This document shows, piece by piece, positions 48,621-58,881 of a stretch of DNA of 64,000 nt. The notes below the pieces were generated by a model. It saw only the letters and a list, made by a program, of their open reading frames with translations. It was not told the DNA's origin and searched no databases. The stretch is from Candidatus Marinacidobacterales bacterium (GTDB lineage: Bacteria; Acidobacteriota; Vicinamibacteria; Marinacidobacterales; DATDRI01). A program made the translations under genes and the position numbers. Each line of letters opens with the position of its first letter. Position 1 is the stretch's first letter. The DNA lies in NCBI GenBank assembly GCA_965226495.1, contig OZ245365.1:2912001-2976000 (forward strand), in the 5' to 3' direction.

Positions 48621-51224
48621 CTAGCGGAGCATCGTATTGAAAAGCAACTTGAACGTCCCGTATGTCTGGGCACGATGCTGCGTGCGGAAGCCGATCAGAA
48701 CCACCTGGCCCTGACCGTCCTGCGCTGCAACCATGGCCGCCTTCTTTGACAAATGCTCCTCGCCGATGAGCCATCCGCTTTGCAAAATGTCGCGATCGGC
48801 GTAGGTGACGACGAGGTCGTACCGATCGTTATTTCTGTTGGGGATGATCTCGAACGCGGGGTTTTGCCAATTGAGCACCAAGCCCCGCGACGGCATGCCG
48901 TACGCGAGTGGGTGATCGTTGTCGAACGCCACTCTGAGTGTCGAGCCCGGGCAGAAGTAATCCTTCGAGTCGATGTCCTCCAGGACGTTGCGAACTTTCA
49001 GCTCAAATGTTTCGATAGCGAAGTTGCTGGCCTCCCCCAGAGCAACCACCGTGCCCCCGGATTCGACAAACTGCTTCAACGACGCCACCCCCTCGTCTCC
49101 GATACCGGTCATATACTCGGGAGGATAGACCTCGGGGGGGCGACCGGGTCTCGGCTCCTCTTCCTCGCCGGTGATCATTTCCTTGGAGTCGTGCGGCAAG
49201 AGGATTACGTCGTAATTGGCGTCAAGCCCGCCCTTCTTGATCTCCTCGTCCATGACCGATGTATAAGGGAAGGAGAATGTTTCCAATAAGAACCGAGTCC
49301 ATCCTTCGTCCATGTTTCCGCCCCGGTAGCGTTGATACATACCTACGCGCATTCGCTTCACGTCGTGGATTCCATCGCGCGGCACGGTATCGAGCGGTGT
49401 GAAGTCCACTCCCGTCTCCTCGGCTACTTTCCCGAAAGTGGATTCGGAGCCACCACTCACGATGAAGTCCCCGGGGCGGAGGTCATCGATCGCCTCGTCC
49501 ACGCGGCGAACACGTACGCCTTGGGCGAGTAAGAGGTTGGCCGCCTTGAAACTCTGATTCAGCCGGCCGTCCAGGAGGAAGCGCGACCCCGAGCCCACTT
49601 GACCTGCCATCGGAACCGGTCCAGTCAGTCTTTCGAAATTGCCCTTCACCACGCCGTCTATCGCGTCCACACGGACGCCCATGAACTCGCTCATGGTGTG
49701 GGTGGAAGTATCGTAAGGACGGAGGGGAGACCCGTCCCGGGCCCGCGTCCACTCGTTGTCGGGGTAGAGGGTACGCCCAAGAAGGTTCCGGATCAGTCCC
49801 ATCTTCGGCTGAGCGAGAGAGATAACGTAAGAGCCCTTCTGGTAGCTCATTCCGTCGACGCTGAATGGCTTTGCGGCCCTCTGGATCTCGATATCGGATT
49901 GCAGCAACGTGTTCAGCATCTTGGTCACGGTTAAGCTATCGTGCTGCGCGGCGGGGATGACGTAAGCCTTGGGTGTTCCCAGCGCACCCCGTTCCGTCTG
50001 TCTCTTCGCCTTCAGATAACTGTTCCAGAGCACCGTTTCCTTGTTGCGCGCGGCGAGATCCTGTATGGCCCAAGCGGCTATTTTCTGCTGCTCGACGATG
50101 TCGCGAAGCCTCCACCAGCCTCCCTCCCAGGGGTTCGGCATCGTCGACTGCGCTTCGTACTCGGGAAGCCCGCGGGCGCCGCCGCGAAGCTGATCGGGAT
50201 GGAGGTAGAGCGGTGTAGCGAGGCTTGCGCTCGCCGCCTCGGTGAGCATTCCCGCGATGTTGTGGACCGGCGTGATCCAATGCCACCCGAAGTGCCCCCA
50301 GCCCGGATACTGGCCCGCATTGAGCACTCCGGCCTTGCCGTTCTCCTCGAGCTTGTAAGCGATGTGTGCGCCATACCAACTGAGCTCCCTCCACATAAGG
50401 GGGTCCGCGTACGGGCGAATAGGCTCGCTGTAAGGGGGCACGTAAAACCGGGCACCGTAGGCTCCCATTTGATGATGGTCGACGTACGCCTGTGGCTTCC
50501 AGTCCCGGTAGAGCACCTTGGCCGTGTACACCGCCTCCACCATGTTGAGAAAATCCGCGTCCCGATTGTTATCGTGTCCAACGTACTTGTGGTAGAGCCA
50601 AGGAAGGCCCACCCCCTCGTACTCCGTGCCAAGGTTCTCGCGATACCAGTCGGTCACCATGATCTGACCGTCCGGGTTGAAGCAAGGAAACAGGAGCAGG
50701 ACGGTGTTGTCCAGGATGCGCGTGGTTTCCGCGTCGTCGCGTGAGAGAAGGTCGTAGGTCAGCTCGGGAGCCGTCTGAGCTCCCCCGACCTCCGTCGCGT
50801 GAAGCCCGAAAGATTGACTCACTACTGCCTTGCCCTCATCGATCAATTGCCGGATCTCTGGCTCCGCGACCCGCGGGTCCTGAAGCTTGAGGTTCACTTC
50901 CCGAATCCGCTCCAGGTTCGCTATGTTCTCCGGCGAAGAGATGATCGCCAAAAGATAGGGATGGCCCTCGGTGGAGGGTCCCATATTGATCACTCGAATC
51001 CGATCGCTCTCCTTAGCGAGAAGCTGGTAGTACTCGACGATCTTGTCCCAGCGAGCCAGCTTCCTGTCCGTGCCAAGCTGGAAACCGAAGAACTCGTCGG
51101 GCGAGGTGATGTTGGGCGCCGCTTGTGCGGCGGCGGCCAAACTGGAGCCCCATAGCAAAGCGCCAAGGGCACAAAGAGTCACGATGAAACGCGTTTTGAG
51201 CATCATGGGAATATTTCCTTCCAT
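48621..51224 (-). CDS. secreted M14 zinc carboxypeptidase with C-terminal GATase-like domain
   Basis: HATE (HxxE), NPDG, DNNRD, DHHQM; signal peptide; start may be 51206. Confidence 0.9.
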   Translation of the reverse strand: MEGNIPMMLKTRFIVTLCALGALLWGSSLAAAAQAAPNITSPDEFFGFQLGTDRKLARWDKIVEYYQLLAKESDRIRVINMGPSTEGHPYLLAIISSPENIANLERIREVNLKLQDPRVAEPEIRQLIDEGKAVVSQSFGLHATEVGGAQTAPELTYDLLSRDDAETTRILDNTVLLLFPCFNPDGQIMVTDWYRENLGTEYEGVGLPWLYHKYVGHDNNRDADFLNMVEAVYTAKVLYRDWKPQAYVDHHQMGAYGARFYVPPYSEPIRPYADPLMWRELSWYGAHIAYKLEENGKAGVLNAGQYPGWGHFGWHWITPVHNIAGMLTEAASASLATPLYLHPDQLRGGARGLPEYEAQSTMPNPWEGGWWRLRDIVEQQKIAAWAIQDLAARNKETVLWNSYLKAKRQTERGALGTPKAYVIPAAQHDSLTVTKMLNTLLQSDIEIQRAAKPFSVDGMSYQKGSYVISLAQPKMGLIRNLLGRTLYPDNEWTRARDGSPLRPYDTSTHTMSEFMGVRVDAIDGVVKGNFERLTGPVPMAGQVGSGSRFLLDGRLNQSFKAANLLLAQGVRVRRVDEAIDDLRPGDFIVSGGSESTFGKVAEETGVDFTPLDTVPRDGIHDVKRMRVGMYQRYRGGNMDEGWTRFLLETFSFPYTSVMDEEIKKGGLDANYDVILLPHDSKEMITGEEEEPRPGRPPEVYPPEYMTGIGDEGVASLKQFVESGGTVVALGEASNFAIETFELKVRNVLEDIDSKDYFCPGSTLRVAFDNDHPLAYGMPSRGLVLNWQNPAFEIIPNRNNDRYDLVVTYADRDILQSGWLIGEEHLSKKAAMVAAQDGQGQVVLIGFRTQHRAQTYGTFKLLFNTMLR

Positions 51225-51251
51225 TTCAAACGGTGCGTGACGGCTCCAAAC

Positions 51252-52046
51252 TTACATCCCGGGCGGTTGAAACCGCCCGTCCGCAGCCGTCCAACCACCA
51301 TCCACGAAGAGCACCGTTCCGCTTACGTAGCTCGCGGCGTCCGAGGCAAGAAACACCGTCGGCCCGACCATCTCCTCGACCCGTGCCCATCGATTGAAAA
51401 CGGACTTGGCCGCGTAGGCTTCATACCAATCGGGGTTCGAACGAATCGGAGCGGTTAGAGGCGTTTCGACGACTCCCGGCGCAACCGCGTTCACGCGCAG
51501 GCCCGACGGACCGAGTTCCGCCGCCAACGTCCGGACCATTTGAACAATACCCGCCTTGGTCGCCGCATAAACAGCTTGGCCGAGCTCGACCACGAGAGAT
51601 CGAATCGAAGAGAAGACCACGATACTGCCGCCTTTTTGAGCAGCCATGATTCTTCCCGCGGCCTGAAGTACGTGAAAGCTGCCTTTTAGGTTCAGCTCGA
51701 GAACGCGATCCAACTCTTCTTCCTCGTATTCCAAGATCGGTTTTCGAACGTTGATGCTGGGCGTCGATATGACGACATCGAGTCGTTGATGAGCCTTTCG
51801 GCTCTTCTCTAGTTCTGCTCGCACCGAATCACGGTCGCGGATGTCTAAATTTTCCGAGCTCGCTCGGCCTCCCGCGTCTCGAATTGTTGCTGCGACGGAC
51901 CGAGCGGCCTCGGCGTTGATATCGAGGCACGTGACGTGCGCCCCTTGTGCGGCGCAGCCCTTCGCCACGGCTTCACCGATGCCGGAGGCCGCGCCCACGA
52001 CGGCTACGGTTTTCTTGTCCAAGCGGAACAGCGTTTCGTCTGCCAT
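51252..52046 (-). CDS. short-chain dehydrogenase/reductase
   Basis: GAASGIG, YAATK, VNAVAPG, VDGGWTA. Confidence 0.93.
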   Translation of the reverse strand: MADETLFRLDKKTVAVVGAASGIGEAVAKGCAAQGAHVTCLDINAEAARSVAATIRDAGGRASSENLDIRDRDSVRAELEKSRKAHQRLDVVISTPSINVRKPILEYEEEELDRVLELNLKGSFHVLQAAGRIMAAQKGGSIVVFSSIRSLVVELGQAVYAATKAGIVQMVRTLAAELGPSGLRVNAVAPGVVETPLTAPIRSNPDWYEAYAAKSVFNRWARVEEMVGPTVFLASDAASYVSGTVLFVDGGWTAADGRFQPPGM

Positions 52047-52054
52047 CAAACTGT

Positions 52055-53467
52055 CTAGGCTCCCGCCGCGGGGCTCGCCCTTCCCATTCGCGCCACCGCC
52101 ACCACGGCGAATGCGAGGCCGGAGGCAATCAACCCGATGAGCGCCGGTGTCCAAGCACCGAAACCGGTGCCCCCAGTGTGCAGGTGCACGGCAAGCAGAG
52201 CCGAGACGCCAACTCCAATGGCAGCTAACGCTTCGGGTGTTCCTGCGCGGCGATAGTGCAGTCCGGCGACGATGGGAACTAACAGAGAAACCGTTAGAAG
52301 AGAATAAAAGACTTTCAAGGCTCCGATCACCGTTGGCACCACGACCGCCAACAATACACCGAGCGCCCCACCAGCTACGGCGGCAAGGCGTGCCACTTTC
52401 AAGACACGCGCGTCACCCGCGCCGGGATTCACAAAACGACGATAGAGATCTTGGGAAAGCGACGTGGACAACATGAAAAGAATGGCGTCGCACGAGCTCA
52501 GCTCGGCGGAGAAGACCGCCGCCAGCCCCAACATGCCGACAGCCAGCGGAAGCTCATGAACCAAGACCGTGGCGAGCGCGTTCTCGTGATTCAAAAGCTC
52601 TGGGTGATGGACTCTTGCGATCATGCCGAGGAGCGGGGGTACAAAGGCGAACACGAGGAGTACGAGGGCGTTCGCAGAGACTCCGATGCGAACGGTTTTC
52701 TCGTCTCGCGCGCCGAACGTCTTTTGTAATACCCCCGGAGAAATAATGAAGGCCGGAACGATCATCGCGACGTAGATCCACCCGGAGCCTCCCCCTCGCC
52801 AGAAGTTTGTATACGTTGGGTTGGTAGCTGCTTCCGTCGCCATCACCGCGCTCCAACCACCCGCGGCCGCGAGCGACATCGGCAACGCCACAGCGAATCC
52901 AACCAGCAAGACGACGAGTTGGACCGCGTTGACCCAAGCCGAGGTCAACAAGCCGCCGGCGGTGAAGTACGTGGTCATCACCACGCCACCGATGAGACAA
53001 CCGACGTACCTCGGGACTCCGGCAACAACGTTCAGGATGGTTGAAATCGCGATGAGCTGGCCGGCGAGGATGGCAAGCGTCCCGATCCAAAGAAGCGTCG
53101 CTACGAGACCCCGAACCGAACTGCTGTAGCGCAGTTCCAGGAAATCCCCGACCGTCCGGAGATCGTGACGCATCGCCAACCGCCACATTCGTGGCCCCAC
53201 CCAAAAAGCCAAGAGGATGGAACCGATGCCGGCCGAGCCGACCCACCACCATGCGCTGAGCCCGTCCCGGTATCCGAGTCCTGCCGCACCGACGGTCGAG
53301 CCGGCTCCGATGTTGGCGGCAAGCAAGGTCGAGAAGAGTAACACCGGGCCGAGCTGTCTTCCGGCGACGAAAAAGGCCCCGGTGGTTTTGACGAGCCGCC
53401 CGATAATGAGCCCGAGGAAAATTAGGAGAACAGAGTAACCGAGGAGGAAGAGGAGATGCGGACTCAC
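52055..53467 (-). CDS. sodium:solute symporter
   Basis: FFVAGR.LG, GGL...W, SAELSS; about 13 TM segments. Confidence 0.92.
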   Translation of the reverse strand: MSPHLLFLLGYSVLLIFLGLIIGRLVKTTGAFFVAGRQLGPVLLFSTLLAANIGAGSTVGAAGLGYRDGLSAWWWVGSAGIGSILLAFWVGPRMWRLAMRHDLRTVGDFLELRYSSSVRGLVATLLWIGTLAILAGQLIAISTILNVVAGVPRYVGCLIGGVVMTTYFTAGGLLTSAWVNAVQLVVLLVGFAVALPMSLAAAGGWSAVMATEAATNPTYTNFWRGGGSGWIYVAMIVPAFIISPGVLQKTFGARDEKTVRIGVSANALVLLVFAFVPPLLGMIARVHHPELLNHENALATVLVHELPLAVGMLGLAAVFSAELSSCDAILFMLSTSLSQDLYRRFVNPGAGDARVLKVARLAAVAGGALGVLLAVVVPTVIGALKVFYSLLTVSLLVPIVAGLHYRRAGTPEALAAIGVGVSALLAVHLHTGGTGFGAWTPALIGLIASGLAFAVVAVARMGRASPAAGA

Positions 53468-54513
53468 TTCGTCTCGCTGGATAGATCGCGCGCGGAGGGA
53501 TAGCCCGGAATGCCTTCGGCCGCCAATACCGCCCGCACAATAGCGTCCGCGACGACCTCGGCCGCCAAAGCGCCGACAAGCGTTACGTTTGGATCCCCGT
53601 TCCAGGTGCCGGTGGCCAGAGCGAAAATGGTGTCGCCGTCACCGGCAGTGTGAGCGGGAACCACTGCCCGCGCCAAGCCATCGTGCGCCATCTGCGCGAC
53701 CTTTGTAACTTGAGTCTTCGTGAGCCGAGCGTTCGTTGCAGTCACTGCGATGGTGGTGTTCTCCCCCGGACGGGCCTGCAACAGTTCCCCCGACCGCAAT
53801 AGCTTCCTAACATCGGCCAACCTCTTGCCGTCTTCGGTGCGCACGCCGGCGATCACGCGTCCGGTTGCCGGATCGATCACGTCTCCTACAGCGTTGACCG
53901 CGACAAGAGCGGCGACGGTGAGACCACCGGAAAGCGTAATGGACGCGGTCCCCAGCCCACCCTTCATGGCGCGCGCGTACCCTCCGAGTTTCCCTACGGT
54001 TGCTCCGGCTCCGGCACCGACATTCCCCTCGAGCACAGAGCCGCGTGTCGCGGCCAGCGCTGCCTTGTAGCCACACTCTGCCCCGGGTCGAACATGAGGC
54101 TTGTCGCCGACTCGGAGATCGAGAAGTATAGCGGCGGGAACAATAGGTACCCTGGCGTAGCCTAGGTCGTAGCCGATCTCTTTCTCCTCCAAGTACCGCA
54201 CCACACCGGAGGCCGAGTCGAGCCCGAAGGCACTACCACCCGAAAGCACCACCGCGTGAACCTCCTCGATGGTATCGGTGGGATCGAGTAGCTCCGTTTC
54301 GCGGGTTCCGGGGGCCGAGCCGCGCACGTCGACTCCAGCCACCGCTCCCGCCTCGGTAAGAATCACGGTACATCCGGTCGGACGCTCGGTGAGCGTGTGG
54401 TGGCCGACTTTGATGCCCTCAACAGCGGTTAAACCGGAATGAGTGGAGTCTTGGCCGAATGCCGGAAGGCCGGCGGTCAAAGCAACTAAGATGATGACCT
54501 TGGGGGATTTCAC
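53464..54513 (-). CDS. P1/S58 (DmpA-like) aminopeptidase
   Basis: TGCTV, GSAPGTRET, GGSAFGL, ENTT, AHT..DGD. Confidence 0.92.
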   Translation of the reverse strand: MKSPKVIILVALTAGLPAFGQDSTHSGLTAVEGIKVGHHTLTERPTGCTVILTEAGAVAGVDVRGSAPGTRETELLDPTDTIEEVHAVVLSGGSAFGLDSASGVVRYLEEKEIGYDLGYARVPIVPAAILLDLRVGDKPHVRPGAECGYKAALAATRGSVLEGNVGAGAGATVGKLGGYARAMKGGLGTASITLSGGLTVAALVAVNAVGDVIDPATGRVIAGVRTEDGKRLADVRKLLRSGELLQARPGENTTIAVTATNARLTKTQVTKVAQMAHDGLARAVVPAHTAGDGDTIFALATGTWNGDPNVTLVGALAAEVVADAIVRAVLAAEGIPGYPSARDLSSETK

Positions 54514-54563
54514 GCTCTCGACCTAGCAAACGACTATAATGTTGCCAACTTACTTGGACCTTA

Positions 54564-55823
54564 ATGGACGCACTACTTAGAGAAGTCGAGACTGCCCGCG
54601 ACGAGATCGTGGATTTTGCGGCCGAGCTCATACGAGTCCCTACGGTGAATCCGCCTGGCGAGAATTACCGCGACTGCGCGTCGACCATCGCCAAGAAGCT
54701 CGAGGAATTCGGATTCGAAGTCGAGTATCACGTCGCCGACGACCGCCCCGAGCATACTGAGAAGCACCCACGCGTGAATGTTGTCGGAAGCCGCAGCGGC
54801 GACGAGCCCCGCCCTCTCGTTCACTTGAATGGACACATGGATGTGGTACCGACGGGCCAGGGTTGGACGGTCTATCCTTTTGCCGGGACCGTGCGTGATG
54901 GCCACCTCTATGGTCGAGGGAGCTCGGATATGAAGTCCGGCATTGCCGCCGCGGTTTTCGCCGCCGAGGCCCTCCGACGCGCCGGCATCTCACTCCGAGG
55001 GAGCGTCGAGATAAGTGGCACCGTGGACGAGGAGAGCGGAGGTCAGGCTGGAGTCCGATGGCTGGCCGAAAAAGGCCATCTCGCCTCCGACCGTACCGAC
55101 TATGTGATCATTCCGGAGCCGTTTGGTCGAGATCGCGTCTGCGTCGGCCATCGTGGCGTCTATTGGTTCAAGGTAACGGCGCGAGGCCGGATGGCTCACG
55201 GGAGCATGCCCTTCCTCGGCATCAATGCGATCGAGCGGATGGCCCCTATTTTGGAAGCCTTTCGAACGGAGCTGAGCCCAGCTCTTGCCCAACGCACGAC
55301 CGAGATGCCGGTCGTGCCTCACGAGGCACGGAGGGCGAGCATCAATATCAATGCGATCCAGGGCGGCCAAGTGGGGCAGGTTGGGCAAACACCGTGCGTA
55401 CCGGACCGCTGCGAGATAATCGTCGACCGTCGCTTCCTCATTGAAGAAGACTTCGAGCTCGTTAAGAAGGAAGTTTCGGAGCTCGTCGAGAGAGTCGCCT
55501 CGCGGACGCCGGAGGGAGGCTATGATCTCCAGGATTTAGTCCTCTTTCATCCGGTGATGACGCCCGAGGACTCACCGCTTACCGCTATACTCCAAGACGC
55601 GATAAAGAAGGTAACCGGAGAAAATGCGCAGCTGGTCGCCAGCCCCGGAACCTATGACCACAAACATGTCTCCCGTGTCGCGGGTGTCGACCATTGCGTT
55701 GCTTATGGGCCTGGCATTCTCGAGATGGCTCATCAACCCGACGAGTACTGCGACGTGGAAGCCTTAGTCGACGCCACCAAGGTTCTGTCATTGGTCCTGT
55801 TGGAGTCGGTGGGAGAACATTAG
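54564..55823 (+). CDS. ArgE/DapE-family deacylase (M20A)
   Basis: NGHMDVVP, GRGSSDMKSG, DEESGG, AHQPDE. Confidence 0.92.
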   Translation: MDALLREVETARDEIVDFAAELIRVPTVNPPGENYRDCASTIAKKLEEFGFEVEYHVADDRPEHTEKHPRVNVVGSRSGDEPRPLVHLNGHMDVVPTGQGWTVYPFAGTVRDGHLYGRGSSDMKSGIAAAVFAAEALRRAGISLRGSVEISGTVDEESGGQAGVRWLAEKGHLASDRTDYVIIPEPFGRDRVCVGHRGVYWFKVTARGRMAHGSMPFLGINAIERMAPILEAFRTELSPALAQRTTEMPVVPHEARRASININAIQGGQVGQVGQTPCVPDRCEIIVDRRFLIEEDFELVKKEVSELVERVASRTPEGGYDLQDLVLFHPVMTPEDSPLTAILQDAIKKVTGENAQLVASPGTYDHKHVSRVAGVDHCVAYGPGILEMAHQPDEYCDVEALVDATKVLSLVLLESVGEH

Positions 55824-55824
55824 C

Positions 55825-56065
55825 AGGCGAATCGAAACGGACCGGCCTGCGCGAGGAGCCGTCAGCTGTTCCGGAGCCGCTCGCCGGCGAAGGGACGACG
55901 GTGGGGGTGGGGCCCCGCCGCACTGAGGAAGGAGGGAGCCTGGCGCGCCGCCGTCCGCAGCGAGCCTGCAAACGGAGGACCGCGAGCGAACGAGGAGTGA
56001 GCGAGCAATGAACGATGCCCGCCGACGAAAGCGACAGCCGTGGGGGTGGGGCCCCACGGCTCTAA
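55825..56065. repeat. dispersed intergenic hairpin repeat, copy 3 (inverted, two hairpin modules)
   Basis: reverse complement matches 9680-9850; GGGGGTGGGGCCCC occurs twice. Confidence 0.85.
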
Positions 56066-56082
56066 CACTCGAGGGAGAAACG

Positions 56083-56322
56083 ATGGACGTAGTCACACCA
56101 AACCAAATGCACCGCATTTTCCAAGTTACCGACGCGATGTCGATTCACCGCGAGGGGGTCATCGTCCCACTAGGACCGGAAGGCTCAGGAAGTGTTCGGC
56201 TCGTCGGCAACAAAGTGGAGGTCACCGTTCCGGCCGAGGGCGCGTTCGATGATTGGATCGCCGGCCTTCGTGACCAGATCGACACGCTCGATCTGGTCGG
56301 GGTCAGGAAAGCCGAAATGTAG
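56083..56322 (+). CDS. small hypothetical protein
   Basis: GGGAG RBS, 79-aa ORF with typical codon usage. Confidence 0.65.
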   Translation: MDVVTPNQMHRIFQVTDAMSIHREGVIVPLGPEGSGSVRLVGNKVEVTVPAEGAFDDWIAGLRDQIDTLDLVGVRKAEM

Positions 56323-56325
56323 CTG

Positions 56326-57675
56326 CTATGCGGAGGCTAGCTCGCCCAACGCGGCCCGAAACGCGCTGACCGTATGGTCGACGTCTTTGTCATCCATCGG
56401 CGTCGAAATACACATCACGCCACGGGGAGCGATCGAGACACCGCGGTTCAGCAACATCAAATGTAGAAGCTGAAGCGGCTCTAGGGCACTGCGTTTGCCG
56501 GCGCGATAGTCGGTCACTTCGGTTTCCGAGAAATGGATCTGCAGGAGAGAGCCCACCCCCGTCACCTGGCCCATCACTCCGGTATCGGCAAGCGCGCTTC
56601 TTAATCCAAGGCGCAGGTGTTCACCGAGCGAATTGATCCGCGTGATCTCCTGCCGCGTCAGGAGATCGAGCGTGGCCAAGCCCGCGACCATGGTCACGGG
56701 ATTGCCGTTGAAAGTCCCTGAATGAAAGAACTTGCCGGTACGCGGATCGTATGGGGACATGAGCTCGTCGCGACCTCCGAATGCCCCCACTGGAAATCCG
56801 CCTCCGATGACTTTGCCAAGCGTCGTGAGATCCGGCGCGATGTGATGACTCTCCTGTGCTCCGCCCCAGGCGAGTCGGAGTGTGATCACTTCGTCGAAAA
56901 TCAACAGTACGCCACGAGACTTCGTCGCTTCGCGAAGGAGCTCGAGATAACCTGCAACCGGTGGGATCATACCTGCGGCACCCATGACGGGCTCGACGAT
57001 GACGGCGGCCAACTCATCCGCGTGGCGGCCGATGATGTTTTCCGTGGCCTCCAGGTTATTGAACGGTGCCACGACGACGTCCTCCACGACGCCTTCGAAG
57101 ATCCCCTGCGTATCCGCGACGGAATGGGGAGCCTCGGGTGGTCCCCACTGACTCCACAGACTCACTTCTGCGGCATCGTGACTCCCGTGATAGCCGCCTT
57201 CCATCTTTAGAATCTTCGGCCGGCCCGTTTCTGCCTTGGCGAGTCGCATCGCGTTCATCGTCGCCTCGGTTCCGGAGTTGCAGAAACGGAGTTTCTCTAA
57301 CGAGGGGACCCGTTCGCACAGAGCCTTGGCGAGCCCGGTCTGGCTCTCTACCGGGGACCCGAATGCGCTCCCCTTTCGAATCTGACCGCTGACCGCCTCG
57401 ACGACGCGCGGGTGTGCATGGCCATGGATGAGAGCGGTGTAGTTGTTTACCAAATCCAAATAGGCATTACCGTCTACGTCGATCACAGAACAGCCTTCAC
57501 CCTTGTCGACGACAAACGGATAGGGAGAGAAAAACGCCGCCGCCCGCGTATCGCCCCCCGGTAGAAATTTCACCGCTTCGTCGAAGAGTCGCTTCGAAAC
57601 AGGGGTCCGGTTACGATATTCCGCTTCGACCTGGGTTCGAATGCCGTGGAGCTTGATTCTGTAGGGCGATTTCAC
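56326..57675 (-). CDS. class III aminotransferase (glutamate-1-semialdehyde aminomutase-like)
   Basis: DVDGN.YLD, NSGTEA, LIFDEVIT.R, LGKVIGGGFP, SGTFNGNP. Confidence 0.92.
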   Translation of the reverse strand: MKSPYRIKLHGIRTQVEAEYRNRTPVSKRLFDEAVKFLPGGDTRAAAFFSPYPFVVDKGEGCSVIDVDGNAYLDLVNNYTALIHGHAHPRVVEAVSGQIRKGSAFGSPVESQTGLAKALCERVPSLEKLRFCNSGTEATMNAMRLAKAETGRPKILKMEGGYHGSHDAAEVSLWSQWGPPEAPHSVADTQGIFEGVVEDVVVAPFNNLEATENIIGRHADELAAVIVEPVMGAAGMIPPVAGYLELLREATKSRGVLLIFDEVITLRLAWGGAQESHHIAPDLTTLGKVIGGGFPVGAFGGRDELMSPYDPRTGKFFHSGTFNGNPVTMVAGLATLDLLTRQEITRINSLGEHLRLGLRSALADTGVMGQVTGVGSLLQIHFSETEVTDYRAGKRSALEPLQLLHLMLLNRGVSIAPRGVMCISTPMDDKDVDHTVSAFRAALGELASA

Positions 57676-57978
57676 GCGTCTCCTCGACGATTCTTGAGAT
57701 ATTGCTTTCTAGAACAGGGAACCGCAACTGTCAAGCACTCGGAGAGTCCAATGGTAAACATCCAGGGCCATGACCGCGTTCTTTGGGACACCATCGAGGC
57801 GTACCCGGCGTGTCCCCCTTCTAATCCCGCCACTCGCTCCCGTCCAAGAGCCGACCGACGCGCGTCCCCTCTGGAGGACAATCTCCCTTCACATGCGGGT
57901 CTCGATTCCTCCGCGGTTCTGGGAGGAAATCCTTTGTGTTGAGTGCTTAACACCCATTTTTCGATTCTGCGACTATTC

Positions 57979-57994
57979 TGGAATCGACCTTGCA
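57979..57994 (+). promoter_or_regulatory. possible sigma54 promoter
   Basis: TGGAAT-CGACC-TTGCA (GG-N10-GC), 40 nt before the BON gene. Confidence 0.4.
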
Positions 57995-58033
57995 CTAGCC
58001 CTAGGTAGCAGGTGCCGAAAAGGAGGACAGGAA

Positions 58034-58765
58034 ATGACTAGGATTCTCGCACTTACGTTGGTCGCAGTCCTTGGAGGGCTTTCACTAGCGGCCGCCGCCA
58101 CTTTGAATGATGCCGAAATACAGTCGGCGATCGAAACCAAGTTGGAGAACAAGAAGATCTTGAACGGAGGAGGCCCTCGGGTCGCCGTCGAAAACGGTGT
58201 AGTCACGCTCGAAGGCAAGGTGAAAAGCGTGTGGGCCAAGAACGAAGCCATCAAGCTCGCAATGAAAATCGAAGACGTGGTCGCCGTCGAAGACGAGTTG
58301 GAAATCGCTTATGGGGAGAGCGATGAGGACGTTGCCAAGGAAGTTGCGAAAAAGATTCGCACTTATTCTTTTTTCACCGTCTACGACGACGTCAACCTCG
58401 CGGTGAAAGACGGCCACGTGTTACTAAAAGGCCGCGTCACCATGCCCCACAAGGCGACGGACATTGAGGACCGGATCTCCAGGGTCCTGGGTGTGCAAAG
58501 CGTCACCAACGAGATCCAAACACTTCGAACGAGCATTTACGACAACCGGCTTCGCGTCTCACTCAGCAATCGAATCTATCGGGACCCGATGTTCGAGCGC
58601 TATGCGCATCGTGTCAATCCCCCGATCCACATCATCGTCGACGGTGGCCGCGTAACGCTGACCGGTGCCGTCAACTCCAATCTCGAGAAAATCAAGGTGG
58701 AGAGTATTGTTCGGTCCACATTTGGCGTCTTCAGCGTGGAGAACCGGCTACTGACTGACAGCTGA
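58034..58765 (+). CDS. periplasmic BON-domain protein (three BON repeats)
   Basis: signal peptide; G.VTL.G.V ... V..V...L repeats; AGGAGG RBS. Confidence 0.92.
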   Translation: MTRILALTLVAVLGGLSLAAAATLNDAEIQSAIETKLENKKILNGGGPRVAVENGVVTLEGKVKSVWAKNEAIKLAMKIEDVVAVEDELEIAYGESDEDVAKEVAKKIRTYSFFTVYDDVNLAVKDGHVLLKGRVTMPHKATDIEDRISRVLGVQSVTNEIQTLRTSIYDNRLRVSLSNRIYRDPMFERYAHRVNPPIHIIVDGGRVTLTGAVNSNLEKIKVESIVRSTFGVFSVENRLLTDS

Positions 58766-58792
58766 GAAGTGACCACGGCCGGTTTTCGACTG

Positions 58793-58822
58793 GGAGCACC
58801 TCGTCGAGGTGCTCCTTTTTTT
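58793..58822 (+). terminator. rho-independent terminator
   Basis: GGAGCACCTCG-T-CGAGGTGCTCC followed by T7. Confidence 0.85.
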
Positions 58823-58881
58823 CTGTCCACACCTTTTGTCATCTTGCCGACACCCTCGGCATAGAGTATTGTCCGTGACCG

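Noticed and set aside
56326-57675. Assigning hemL
   Set aside because: The family is clear, but there is no heme-gene context and GSA-like paralogues are common.
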